From Candidatus Latescibacterota bacterium (GTDB taxonomy: Bacteria; Latescibacterota; UBA2968; UBA8231), in NCBI GenBank assembly GCA_965217585.1, contig OZ244561.1, forward strand, positions 6,496,001 through 6,560,000: DNA of 64,000 nucleotides. The letters are read 5' to 3'. Under the pieces are notes generated by a model. That model worked only from the letters and a program-made list of their open reading frames with translations, was not told where the DNA came from and did not search any database. Positions 1-8,905 of the stretch are shown here, in pieces; the stretch's first letter is position 1, and each line of letters begins with the position of its first letter. Position numbers and translations under genes: made by a program.

Positions 1-499
1 TGCCGCCGCTGGCCAAGATCACGCGCGCTCCGGTATAGCACTGCCCTTCGGCGTCGTGCAGCTCAAAGCGAGACGAGCCGGAAACGCGGCCCATGCCCAC
101 CACCCTAGCATTGGTTTCGACGCGGACGCCTAGGCAGCGCATGCGGTCCGCGAGCAAATCGACGACCGCCTGCGCTTGATCTGACATCGGAAAGAGGCGC
201 TGCCGTTTTTCTTCGCGGAACTCGATCCCTAGATCGGCAAAAAACGCCAGGGTCTCCTCTAGGCGGAATTGGTCCAGCGCGCTGCGGACAAAGCGCGGAT
301 GCGTGCCGTGGTAGTGCCTGAGGTCGTCCGCCGCCCTATTCGTCAGGTTGCAGCGACCATTGCCCGAAATCAATATCTTCCGCCCCAATTTTCCGCTGCC
401 TTCGAGCAGGGTGACCCGCTCGCCCGCCTCAGCGGCGACAATGGCCGCTAGCATCCCGGCGGCCCCACCGCCGACCACTATGCTATCCCTTGATTTCAA
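1..499 (-). CDS. HI0933/BaiN-family NAD(P)/FAD-dependent oxidoreductase (3' part runs off the window)
   Basis: Manual translation from TTG at 499 (AGGAA upstream): MKSRDSIVVGGGAAGMLAA...GRKILISGNGRCNLTN...RLFP...ILASGG; GxGxxG plus the family motif GRKxxxSGNGRCNxTN. Absent from the ORF track because it has no stop in the window. Confidence 0.9.
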   Translation of the reverse strand, partial: MKSRDSIVVGGGAAGMLAAIVAAEAGERVTLLEGSGKLGRKILISGNGRCNLTNRAADDLRHYHGTHPRFVRSALDQFRLEETLAFFADLGIEFREEKRQRLFPMSDQAQAVVDLLADRMRCLGVRVETNARVVGMGRVSGSSRFELHDAEGQCYTGARVILASGG

Positions 500-582
500 G
501 CTGGTTCCTAAATCACTAAAGCTATTATAAAAACAATAAGATAGAACGGTTTTAACCCCTGGTCAAACCAATCGCCTTTAGC

Positions 583-611
583 TTGACATGCCCTCGTTTA
601 TTCTCTATGTT
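583..611 (+). promoter_or_regulatory. sigma70-type promoter upstream of 658..2988
   Basis: TTGACA(583-588)-17 nt-TATGTT(606-611) in an AT-rich intergenic region. Confidence 0.6.
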
Positions 612-657
612 GTTTAACTTTGGAAAATATTAAAAACGCGCTGAGTCAGGATATTCC

Positions 658-2988
658 ATGACAGACCTCACAGGGGCGGCGACGGCTCCGGACGAGCAAC
701 GGCTCGCGTCCGCTAGCCAGAGCCAATCCTCGATGTATCCCGCGCTCCACGAAGAAGTCGAAACCTCGATCCGCAAAGAGGGTATTTCCTTTGTCTTTGA
801 AAGCCGCTCTGTCTCTGCCGTCGTCCAATTTATCTACACGCCAATTGATGGAACCTTCGCCGATATCGAGCTAGAAGTCAACAACAGCGACCCAATCAAA
901 CCGGCCGAAGACGGCGGGATTGCCGTGGAAATGGGCGGCTCGATTTGGCCGGCTGACAGTGAAGAAGTAGAGCGGCACTTCATCTCCTGCGAGCAAGTCG
1001 GCGATTGCGTCGAGGCCCGCTGGCAGTGGAAGCTAGGGGAGGAACAAGCCAACTTCCTCTACCGGTTCCGCATCAGCGGCAAATCCCTCGTCGTGGAAAT
1101 CGAGGGCGGGCACGGCAAGGGCACCGGCCTCTCGCTCGGCCGAGTCACCGGGGCCTTACATCCGCGCCTGATCACAATCCCCTATTTCAACTTCGGCGAC
1201 AACTACCCGCGTATCCTCTGCACCGCGGGCTACTTCTTGTCTAGCTTCGTGGATTGGCACTACTCGCGTGCTTCCACCCTGTACGCCCCGCCCGAAGAAG
1301 AGTCTCAGCGCCTCGTCCAGCTCAACGGCGGCTGTAGCTACGCCAGCCAAGGCGACGGCAAGCGCAGCGATCTTCAGGAGCGCTGGCTCATAACCGTCTC
1401 CACCCAATACGAGGAAGTCCTCCCGGCCTTTTCCACGGCTGAGGCCGGGCAAAGTGAAACGCTAGCCGATTGGGCCTGGTACAACATCCCCTATATCGAC
1501 GCATCCCAAGAGAGCTACGTCGAGCTATACGAGAACATGCGCCTGCTCAAGCTGATGGGCGTTGATCACCTGCTGATCAACCACCCCAGTGAGACTTGGC
1601 ACGATGGCGACGGCGACGCCACGCTCGTAGTGGAAGGAGCCGAGGCTAAAGGCGGTGAAGACGCCCTTGGCGAGTACCTAGATGCCCTGTCCGATCTGGG
1701 CTACAAAGTCAGTCTCCAGGTCAACTATCGCCACATCGCTCCTACCAATCCCTGCTGGCGGCCCGAATTGGCGGCCCAACTCTCCGATGGCACCCCGACC
1801 CCGACCGGACCTGGGCTCTATTTGCTCAAGCCGTCCGAAGCACTGGCGCGCGCACCCGAACACGCGCGCACCATCATCGACAAATACCCCTGCGACGCGC
1901 TGTACGTAAGCGAACACGCCGAGGTCCCGCCTTGGGAATTCAACGACTTCAGCGACGACGCGTCAGCAACCGGCCACTTGGCGAGCAGCTATTCCCTGCA
2001 ACAGAGCGTCCTCCGCTCCCAAGCCCAAGCCGGCTTGGCCATCGGGAGCGGAGGCAACCACTGGTTCTACGCCGGCGTCCTGACTGGCCACCTCGCCCGC
2101 ATGGTCGGGGCCGACCCCAGCCGCATCCCGCCGCTGGTGGACTTCGACCTGCAAAACCTCCATACCATTGAGACCGACGCGGGTCTGGGCACCATCGACC
2201 AGTACTTTGCCGGGCACATCCCCCAAGGTGAGAAACACAACCGCAGTGCCTATCTCGACCGCTATCTTGCCGCTACCGCGGCCTTCGGCCACGCCTGTCT
2301 GCTCCCCGACCAGCTAGAATGGGGCATCGCGTCTACAGTCAAGTCCTATTACATGCTGCGCGAACTGCAAAAGCACTATCTCCGCGTCCCTGTTCGCTCC
2401 ATCGCCTACTGCCACAACGACCAGTTCTTGGCCACCAATGACGCGCTACTTTCCGGCGCCTTTGCCCAAGGACAGGTGCAGGTGACGTACGACAATGGCC
2501 TTGAAGTCTATGCCAACCTCGGCTGGGAACAGCCTTGGACCGTCCACCGGAGCGATGTGGCCTACCACCTTCCTCCAGGCTCGTTTTGCGCCTGGAAGGA
2601 CCCATCGCTGCTAGTCTATTCGGCCGACGCCGGCTCGGGACGCATAGACTACGCCTCTTGCGAGGACTATTTGTTCGTCGATACCCGAGGGCAACGGGGG
2701 CAATTTGGCCCTGTGGAGCTCGACGGCGCCGTCGCCATTAAAGAGCGCAAATGGGAAATTGACGTAGTGCCCTTTGCGTGCCAAGCCGATATAGTAATCG
2801 ACGTAGGCCAGTACTGGCCAGACCGCAAACTGCCCCCGTTGCGCCTTTTGGCCTTCAAGTCCGAGGACGAGGTGCCCGACATCTACCGGGCCGACATGGA
2901 AGGGGACCGCGTCCGCTTCAAACCGCTGGAGGATGTGGTCACCTATCGCATCGCCCTGCCCGAGTGGATGGTCGAACCCGGTCGCTAG
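658..2988 (+). CDS. Hypothetical 776-aa protein with a possible glycoside-hydrolase-like (DUF5696/GH129/GH101-like) TIM barrel
   Basis: Long ORF with AGGA RBS; the segment GGEDALGEYLDALSDLGYKVSLQVNY resembles GH101/GH129-type barrels; no signal peptide. Confidence 0.6.
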   Translation: MTDLTGAATAPDEQRLASASQSQSSMYPALHEEVETSIRKEGISFVFESRSVSAVVQFIYTPIDGTFADIELEVNNSDPIKPAEDGGIAVEMGGSIWPADSEEVERHFISCEQVGDCVEARWQWKLGEEQANFLYRFRISGKSLVVEIEGGHGKGTGLSLGRVTGALHPRLITIPYFNFGDNYPRILCTAGYFLSSFVDWHYSRASTLYAPPEEESQRLVQLNGGCSYASQGDGKRSDLQERWLITVSTQYEEVLPAFSTAEAGQSETLADWAWYNIPYIDASQESYVELYENMRLLKLMGVDHLLINHPSETWHDGDGDATLVVEGAEAKGGEDALGEYLDALSDLGYKVSLQVNYRHIAPTNPCWRPELAAQLSDGTPTPTGPGLYLLKPSEALARAPEHARTIIDKYPCDALYVSEHAEVPPWEFNDFSDDASATGHLASSYSLQQSVLRSQAQAGLAIGSGGNHWFYAGVLTGHLARMVGADPSRIPPLVDFDLQNLHTIETDAGLGTIDQYFAGHIPQGEKHNRSAYLDRYLAATAAFGHACLLPDQLEWGIASTVKSYYMLRELQKHYLRVPVRSIAYCHNDQFLATNDALLSGAFAQGQVQVTYDNGLEVYANLGWEQPWTVHRSDVAYHLPPGSFCAWKDPSLLVYSADAGSGRIDYASCEDYLFVDTRGQRGQFGPVELDGAVAIKERKWEIDVVPFACQADIVIDVGQYWPDRKLPPLRLLAFKSEDEVPDIYRADMEGDRVRFKPLEDVVTYRIALPEWMVEPGR

Positions 2989-2992
2989 CGCT

Positions 2993-4024
2993 TTGTCCGA
3001 TCCGTCTGCCCCCTTTCTCCAAGCCTGTCGGGGCCAAGTGCCGGCGACTCCTCCCATCTGGATCATGCGCCAAGCTGGCCGCATCCTCAAGCCGTATAGA
3101 GAACTGCGCCAGCGGCACGGCTCGCTACTCACACTTTTCAAAACCCCCGAGCTCGCCGCTGAAATTACCCTCATGCCGGTCGATCTGCTCGGAGTTGATG
3201 CGGCCATTCTCTTTACCGACCTAGTGACGCCCTTAGAGGCGCTCGGCTGCGAGCTGGCCTACGCGCCCGGCCCGGTTTTCGCCCGCCCGATTCGCTCGGC
3301 TGCCGACATCGACGGCCTCCGCAACCCCGTCCCCGAGGACGACCTCGCCTACGTCTTAGAAGCCGCGCGGCTAGTGCACAACGCCCTGCCGCCAGCCGTC
3401 CCGCTCATCGGGTATGCCGGCGGGCCTTTTACCTTGGCCACTTGGCTAGTGGAAGGAAGCCATGCCAAGGACTTCCCCGCCTTTCGCCGCATGTTCCACA
3501 GCAACCCCGCTCTCGCCCACCGGCTACTCGACCTGCTCAGCGACCTCGTCGGCCGCTTCCTGCGCGCCCAGATCGAGGCCGGTGCCCAAGCCGTCCAAAT
3601 TTTCGACACTTCCATCGGTTTGTTGTCTCCGGCGCAATTCAACGAATTCGCCCTGCCCTATGTACAGCGGGTTTGCCGCAGCCTCGCATCGCTGAATGCT
3701 CCGGTCATTTACTTCCCGCTCGCCGGGGCGCAAAACCTGTCCTGCTTTGGCCGCGTCGGTGCCCACGTCCTGAGCCTCGATTGGCGGATCGACTTAGATG
3801 CGGCTTATAGATTGTTCGGGGATACCATGCCTTTACAGGGCAACCTAGATCCCTGTACCCTCTACGGCTCGGAGGCGGGCATTGCCGCTGCCGCCCAGTG
3901 CATTCTAGAGCAGGGCCGGGGTCGCCCTCACATCTTCAACTTGGGGCACGGCGTCTATCCAGACACGCCCTATGAAAAGGTCAAATTGTTAGTGGATGAG
4001 GTCCACCAGTTCGCGCAAACTTGA
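2993..4024 (+). CDS. hemE: Uroporphyrinogen decarboxylase
   Basis: PIWIMRQAGR, DAAILFTD, PLIGYAGGPFTLA, LQGNLDP, HIFNLGHG motifs; start placed at in-frame TTG 2993, after the stop of the previous gene. Confidence 0.95.
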   Translation: MSDPSAPFLQACRGQVPATPPIWIMRQAGRILKPYRELRQRHGSLLTLFKTPELAAEITLMPVDLLGVDAAILFTDLVTPLEALGCELAYAPGPVFARPIRSAADIDGLRNPVPEDDLAYVLEAARLVHNALPPAVPLIGYAGGPFTLATWLVEGSHAKDFPAFRRMFHSNPALAHRLLDLLSDLVGRFLRAQIEAGAQAVQIFDTSIGLLSPAQFNEFALPYVQRVCRSLASLNAPVIYFPLAGAQNLSCFGRVGAHVLSLDWRIDLDAAYRLFGDTMPLQGNLDPCTLYGSEAGIAAAAQCILEQGRGRPHIFNLGHGVYPDTPYEKVKLLVDEVHQFAQT

Positions 4025-4037
4025 AAGGGTACGGCGG

Positions 4038-4274
4038 ATGGAAAGTATGGAAGGCAAAGAAAAAGGCATGACGCGGCGGCACACCTTTTTCTGTATCAAC
4101 AAAGACCGGCATACGGCTTCATCCAAGGTCATCGACGCCCAGCGCAAGGAGATCAGTGTCTTCGGTCAGCGGGTGCGCGGCTGGATCGTGACCACCGAAG
4201 AGCCGGTCATCGACAAGGGCATCTCTCTCGACGAATCAACGCAAGGCGCAATGCCCCACCGCGACCCGGAATAA
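4038..4274 (+). CDS. Small hypothetical protein (about 78 aa)
   Basis: ORF directly after hemE filling the gap; start uncertain (4038, 4047 or 4068). Confidence 0.5.
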   Translation: MESMEGKEKGMTRRHTFFCINKDRHTASSKVIDAQRKEISVFGQRVRGWIVTTEEPVIDKGISLDESTQGAMPHRDPE

Positions 4275-4286
4275 GGGCGCTAACCC

Positions 4287-4769
4287 TCAGCGCCCCCAAG
4301 AGAATTTGTTTTCCAACCAAGTGCCGATTTCCCGCGGCGGATCGTTCCACTTCTCACCTGGACCGAGAAATTGCCCGCGGACATCCTGGTTGGTGTCAAA
4401 GTCCGACCACAAGTCCGGGAACTCGTCGCGGATCAATGCCTCTACTTGGTCGCTTATGCCCTGCGCGTGGTAGGAAATCACATCGTCGGCTTCGCTCTTG
4501 CCCAGCTCTTCGGTCAGATGCTTGGCCATCCCGCTACTGGCGACAAAGGTAAATTCAATTGCCGAGTCTTCGGTCAGCTTTAGGTCGATGCGGTAGGCCG
4601 GATAGCTCAGTTTTAATCCCAATACGGACAGTTGTAACTGCAACCACTTGGCTTCGGTGACTTCGCGCGTGCTATTCAGGGTGGCCCAGTCCAATTCAGC
4701 CCTAACCACTAGGGGGCTTAACAGGACCAACGCGAGGAGCGAATATATCGCCGTGCGGCTCAATGGCAT
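4287..4769 (-). CDS. Hypothetical exported protein
   Basis: N-terminal signal peptide (AIYSLLALVLLSPLVVRA) and acidic mature region; GGTGG RBS. Confidence 0.7.
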   Translation of the reverse strand: MPLSRTAIYSLLALVLLSPLVVRAELDWATLNSTREVTEAKWLQLQLSVLGLKLSYPAYRIDLKLTEDSAIEFTFVASSGMAKHLTEELGKSEADDVISYHAQGISDQVEALIRDEFPDLWSDFDTNQDVRGQFLGPGEKWNDPPREIGTWLENKFSWGR

Positions 4770-4819
4770 TGCACAACCACCTTTCCAAAAAACTGGAGCT
4801 AGCCCGACGGCCTACTCCC

Positions 4820-5338
4820 TCAAGCTGCGGAGGAAAAGTTCTCTTCGATAAAACGGACGATGTACCTAAACGACACCAAGCCAACCGGGCGATCGTCATC
4901 GTCCAACAGCGGCACGTGGCGGAAGCCGTGGATGCTCATCAAATGCAGGGCGTGCTGCACGGCCGCATCGGCTTTGAGCGCGGTAGGCCGCGGCGTCATT
5001 AGGCTCTCGACCGCGATCTGTTCCAGATTGCTGATCAAGCCCGCCACCCGATAGAGGATATCGCGCTCGGTAAATATGCCAATTAGCTGTCCGCTCTCGC
5101 CGGTCACCAACACGCAACCGACGTGCCGCTCCTTGAGCAGTGAGATGACCTCGGCCAACGAGGTGGTCGGCGACACGCAGACCATCTCCTGCGGATTGAG
5201 CGCGGAAAGCGGCTCGGTGAAAATTTCCTTAAACTCTCCGCTTCCCCAATCTTGGTACGCTTCACTCAGGCTCTGGCCGCACTCCTTGCAGAGGTCCACT
5301 CCAGAGATATTGTCGTGGGCACACGAAGGGCAAATCAA
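4820..5338 (-). CDS. Zinc-ribbon plus CBS-pair protein
   Basis: CPSC...CKEC at the N-terminus, then GIFTERD and GFRHVP CBS motifs; TTG start at 5338 with GGAG RBS. Confidence 0.85.
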   Translation of the reverse strand: MICPSCAHDNISGVDLCKECGQSLSEAYQDWGSGEFKEIFTEPLSALNPQEMVCVSPTTSLAEVISLLKERHVGCVLVTGESGQLIGIFTERDILYRVAGLISNLEQIAVESLMTPRPTALKADAAVQHALHLMSIHGFRHVPLLDDDDRPVGLVSFRYIVRFIEENFSSAA

Positions 5339-5349
5339 TGGCTCTTCTC

Positions 5350-6369
5350 CTATTCGACGACCCAAGTATCGCCCGTGCCAAACAGAGCTGCGAGGTCGCC
5401 CGCGCCCCGTTGTTGGGTCGTCGCGGCGATTTGGTCGAATAGCAACTCGGTATAGGTTGGCCTGTCGAGGGCACGCAAAACGCCAAAGGGCAGCGGCATC
5501 GACGGGTATTCCATCCGGCTGAGCATATAGGCGTAGCTGGCGTTTTCGCGCCCTTCGCGATGCACGACCAGCTCGTCTGGGGCCACGTCGTTGAACGCGA
5601 CGACTTCGGGCTCGGTGCCGTTCATGCGGATGCCTCGATCCCGATCCTTGCCAAAGACGAGGGGCTGTCCCTCTTCCAAAAACACGATATTATCGTCGCG
5701 CACGTCCGAATCCGTGGTGTGCTCCCAAGCCGTGGGATTGAGCACGACGCAGTTTTGGTAGATCTCGACAAAGGCCGCGCCCTTGTGTTCGGCCGCTCGT
5801 CTGAGCACGTAGCTCAGGTGCTTGGTATTGGTGTCCTGCGAGCGGGCGACAAAGGTCGCTTCGGCACTCAGCGCTACGGATATCGGATTGAGCGGATAGT
5901 CGATCGACCCCATGGGGGTGGACGTGGTGCGGTGTCCTAGCAGCGAGGTCGGCGAGTACTGGCCCTTGGTAAGCCCGTAGATGCGGTTGTTGAACAGAAT
6001 AATCTTCAGATCGACATTGCGCCGGAGGCTGTGCAGGAGGTGATTGCCCCCGATCGAGAGCCCGTCGCCATCGCCGGTGATGACCCAGACGCTCAAATCC
6101 GGGTTGGCCGTCTTGATCCCCGTGGCGATCGTGGGCGCGCGCCCGTGGATCGAGTGAATGCCGTACGTATTCATGTAGTAGGGAAAGCGGCTAGAGCAGC
6201 CGATCCCGGATACGAATACGATGTTTTCCCGCGCGATCCCCACTTCGGGCAGCATCCTTTGCATTTGGGCCAAAATCGCGTAGTCGCCGCACCCAGGGCA
6301 CCAGCGGACCTCTTGGTCGGAAACAAAATCTTTGCGGCTCAACCCAGTTTCTACAACGGCTTCGGCCAT
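5350..6369 (-). CDS. korB: 2-oxoacid:ferredoxin oxidoreductase beta subunit
   Basis: WCPGCG, SGIGCS, HGRA, TPP motif GDGDG...NNRIYGLTKGQ. Confidence 0.93.
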   Translation of the reverse strand: MAEAVVETGLSRKDFVSDQEVRWCPGCGDYAILAQMQRMLPEVGIARENIVFVSGIGCSSRFPYYMNTYGIHSIHGRAPTIATGIKTANPDLSVWVITGDGDGLSIGGNHLLHSLRRNVDLKIILFNNRIYGLTKGQYSPTSLLGHRTTSTPMGSIDYPLNPISVALSAEATFVARSQDTNTKHLSYVLRRAAEHKGAAFVEIYQNCVVLNPTAWEHTTDSDVRDDNIVFLEEGQPLVFGKDRDRGIRMNGTEPEVVAFNDVAPDELVVHREGRENASYAYMLSRMEYPSMPLPFGVLRALDRPTYTELLFDQIAATTQQRGAGDLAALFGTGDTWVVE

Positions 6370-6384
6370 CTCGATCTCCCTGCT

Positions 6385-8259
6385 TTAGCTTAGCACTTGG
6401 TGAATTTTGTCGGCCACTTCCCGAATTTGGAAGGGGCTGCCCTGGACCTTGTTCAGCTTGACAACGCGCACGGGGAAGTGCGCTTGGAGCAACAGGACCA
6501 ATTGGCCGAGGTTTAGCTCGGGTACCAACACTTGCTTGTAGCGGCCGAGCAGGTTGCCGAGGTTGCGAGGAAACGGGTTCAAGTAACGCAGATGTGCGTA
6601 GGCCACGTCGAGGCCCTCTCCCCGCACTTGCTCAACCGCTGCGCGAATGGCACCATAGGTCCCCCCCCAGCCCAAGACCAGCAGATCCCCTTGGTCGGGA
6701 CCGGTCACTTCCAACTCGGGAATGAAATCGGCAATGCCGCGGATTTTGTCGGCCCGGACGTGGACGATGCGCTCGTGGTCTTCGGGCGCATAGGAGACAT
6801 TGCCCGTCACATCCTGCTTGCCCAAGCCGCCAATCCGGTGCTCCATCCCTGGCGTCCCCGGCAAGACCCAGGGCCTAGCCAAGGTCTGCGGGTCGCGCAT
6901 GTAAGGTTGGTAGTCATCGGGATCGGTGTACGGCTCGGCATCAATGGCCGCGATAGAATCCGGGTCTGGTATTTTCCACGGCTCGGAGTTGTTGGCCACG
7001 TACCCGTCGGACAGGAGAAAAACCGGCGTCATATAGCGCACGGCAATGCGGAATGCCTCGATGACCATGTCGAAGCATTCGCTTGGGGTCGCCGGAGCAA
7101 TGACCGGGATCGGGCTTTCGCCGTTGCGTCCGTAGAGCACCTCCAGCAAATCAGCCTGCTCGGTCTTGGTGGGCAAGCCCGTGCTAGGACCGCCGCGCTG
7201 GACGTCAATGACCACTAGCGGTAACTCCATAACTACGGCCAAGTTGATCCCCTCGCTCTTGAGCGCGATGCCCGGGCCGCTGCTGGCGGTAGCCGCGAGG
7301 CTACCGGCAAAGGCCGCACCAATCACCGACCCCATGGCTGCGATCTCGTCCTCGGCCTGGAACGTCCGCACGTCGAAGTTCTTCAGCGCCGCCAAGCCCT
7401 CTAGGATGGTGCTGGCCGGCGTGATGGGATACGAACCATAAAAGAATGGTTTGCCAGCCTTTTGCGCAGCCGTGACCAGCCCCAAGACAATCGCCTCATT
7501 GCCAGTGATCCGCTTGTACACCCCCGGTTCGACAATCTGCCGCTTCGGCACCGAGATCTGCGTCTGAAAGGTCTCGGCCGTTTCGCCGTAGTAGTAGCCA
7601 GCTTTCAAGGCCCTCGTATTGGCCTCAACTACCTGGGGCCGGCCGGCGAACTTGGTCTCGTAAAACTTGAGCGTGTAGTCGAGCGGGCGGTCGAACATCC
7701 AGAACACCAAGCCCAAGACAAAGGCATTCTTGCACATGTCCTTTGCTTGGTTGCTCATGCCCTCGATGTCGGCGAGGGCATTGCGGGTCAGGGTGGTCAA
7801 GGGGACCGGATGCACGTCGTAGCCGCTGAGGCTGCCGTCTTCGAGTGGGTTTTTCTCGTACCCAGCCTTGCGGAGGCCATTGCGGTTGAACGGATCCGTA
7901 TTGACGATGATGGTCCCGCCCGGCTCGAGATCGGGCAGATTGGCTTTGAGCGCGGCCGGGTTCATCGCCACCAACACTTGGGGCGAGTCACCCGCCGTAT
8001 AGAGATCGTTGGCGGCAAAGTTGACCTGATAGCCACTCAGCCCGGGAATGGTCCCGGCCGGGGCGCGGATTTCGGCGGGAATGTCGGGAAAGGTACTGAC
8101 GTCGTTGCCCACCACGGCCGAAGTATTGGTAAACTGCCCGCCGGTTAGCTGCATCCCATCGCCCGAATCGCCGGAAAATGAGATGACTACAGATTGGCGT
8201 TCTTCTTGCGAGTACTCTCGCTTGCCCGTAGGTGCCGCTGGGGCCACGATTTCGGCCAT
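6385..8259 (-). CDS. korA: 2-oxoacid:acceptor oxidoreductase alpha subunit (gamma-alpha fusion)
   Basis: SGDSGDGMQLTG, YPITPA, QAEDEIAA, QRGGPSTGLPTK; AAGGAGG RBS before ATG 8259. Confidence 0.93.
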   Translation of the reverse strand: MAEIVAPAAPTGKREYSQEERQSVVISFSGDSGDGMQLTGGQFTNTSAVVGNDVSTFPDIPAEIRAPAGTIPGLSGYQVNFAANDLYTAGDSPQVLVAMNPAALKANLPDLEPGGTIIVNTDPFNRNGLRKAGYEKNPLEDGSLSGYDVHPVPLTTLTRNALADIEGMSNQAKDMCKNAFVLGLVFWMFDRPLDYTLKFYETKFAGRPQVVEANTRALKAGYYYGETAETFQTQISVPKRQIVEPGVYKRITGNEAIVLGLVTAAQKAGKPFFYGSYPITPASTILEGLAALKNFDVRTFQAEDEIAAMGSVIGAAFAGSLAATASSGPGIALKSEGINLAVVMELPLVVIDVQRGGPSTGLPTKTEQADLLEVLYGRNGESPIPVIAPATPSECFDMVIEAFRIAVRYMTPVFLLSDGYVANNSEPWKIPDPDSIAAIDAEPYTDPDDYQPYMRDPQTLARPWVLPGTPGMEHRIGGLGKQDVTGNVSYAPEDHERIVHVRADKIRGIADFIPELEVTGPDQGDLLVLGWGGTYGAIRAAVEQVRGEGLDVAYAHLRYLNPFPRNLGNLLGRYKQVLVPELNLGQLVLLLQAHFPVRVVKLNKVQGSPFQIREVADKIHQVLS

Positions 8260-8307
8260 GCACACGACCTCCTTAAAAAGAAAAAATCTTCGCTCCGCAG
8301 CGCATGC

Positions 8308-8775
8308 TCAAGCTCCCTCTTTGGTGCGGGCTATGCGCTCGGGGTCAGGCGGCAGGTTGTAGATGTCTTCGGGAAACTGATCCGTGAGAAAGCGGATGAC
8401 CTCGTGTTGGGGCAAATTCCCCTTTATGTGGCCGTTTTCATCTACAATCGGCACGTTGCGGTAGTCGCCAGCATTCATCAGCCGCAGTGCGCTGCTAATC
8501 GGCTGCTGGGCATCCAAGCTATGAGGGTCGCGGGTCATCAACTCGGCCACCGGCCGCGTCCAAGTCGCCGGCTGGTCGGCCACCTTGGTGAGCGCATCGC
8601 GCTCGGTAAAGATCCCCACCAAGCGGCCATCCTCTTCCACCAGCATGGCGCTGACGTGTTGGTGGCGCATTTTCTTGAGTACTTCAAGGACCGACTCCTG
8701 CGGCTCGCACACAGCGTACCCGTCTAGGTCCAAATGGCCGATGACCTCTTCTTGTAACTTCTGCACGACCGTCAT
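8308..8775 (-). CDS. CBS-pair domain protein
   Basis: GIFTERD, YRNVPIVD; start placed at ATG 8775 after AAGGGG. Confidence 0.85.
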   Translation of the reverse strand: MTVVQKLQEEVIGHLDLDGYAVCEPQESVLEVLKKMRHQHVSAMLVEEDGRLVGIFTERDALTKVADQPATWTRPVAELMTRDPHSLDAQQPISSALRLMNAGDYRNVPIVDENGHIKGNLPQHEVIRFLTDQFPEDIYNLPPDPERIARTKEGA

Positions 8776-8905
8776 TAGAAAGCCCCTTTCTCGGGGCTTG
8801 GATACCGCATTATTCACCTCGTTTACTTGAGCATCTATATCCAAGTTAAGATAGATAGGAGCGATGCATCTCGCAAGGTGCTATGTTACAACGACGTTGC
8901 GACTT

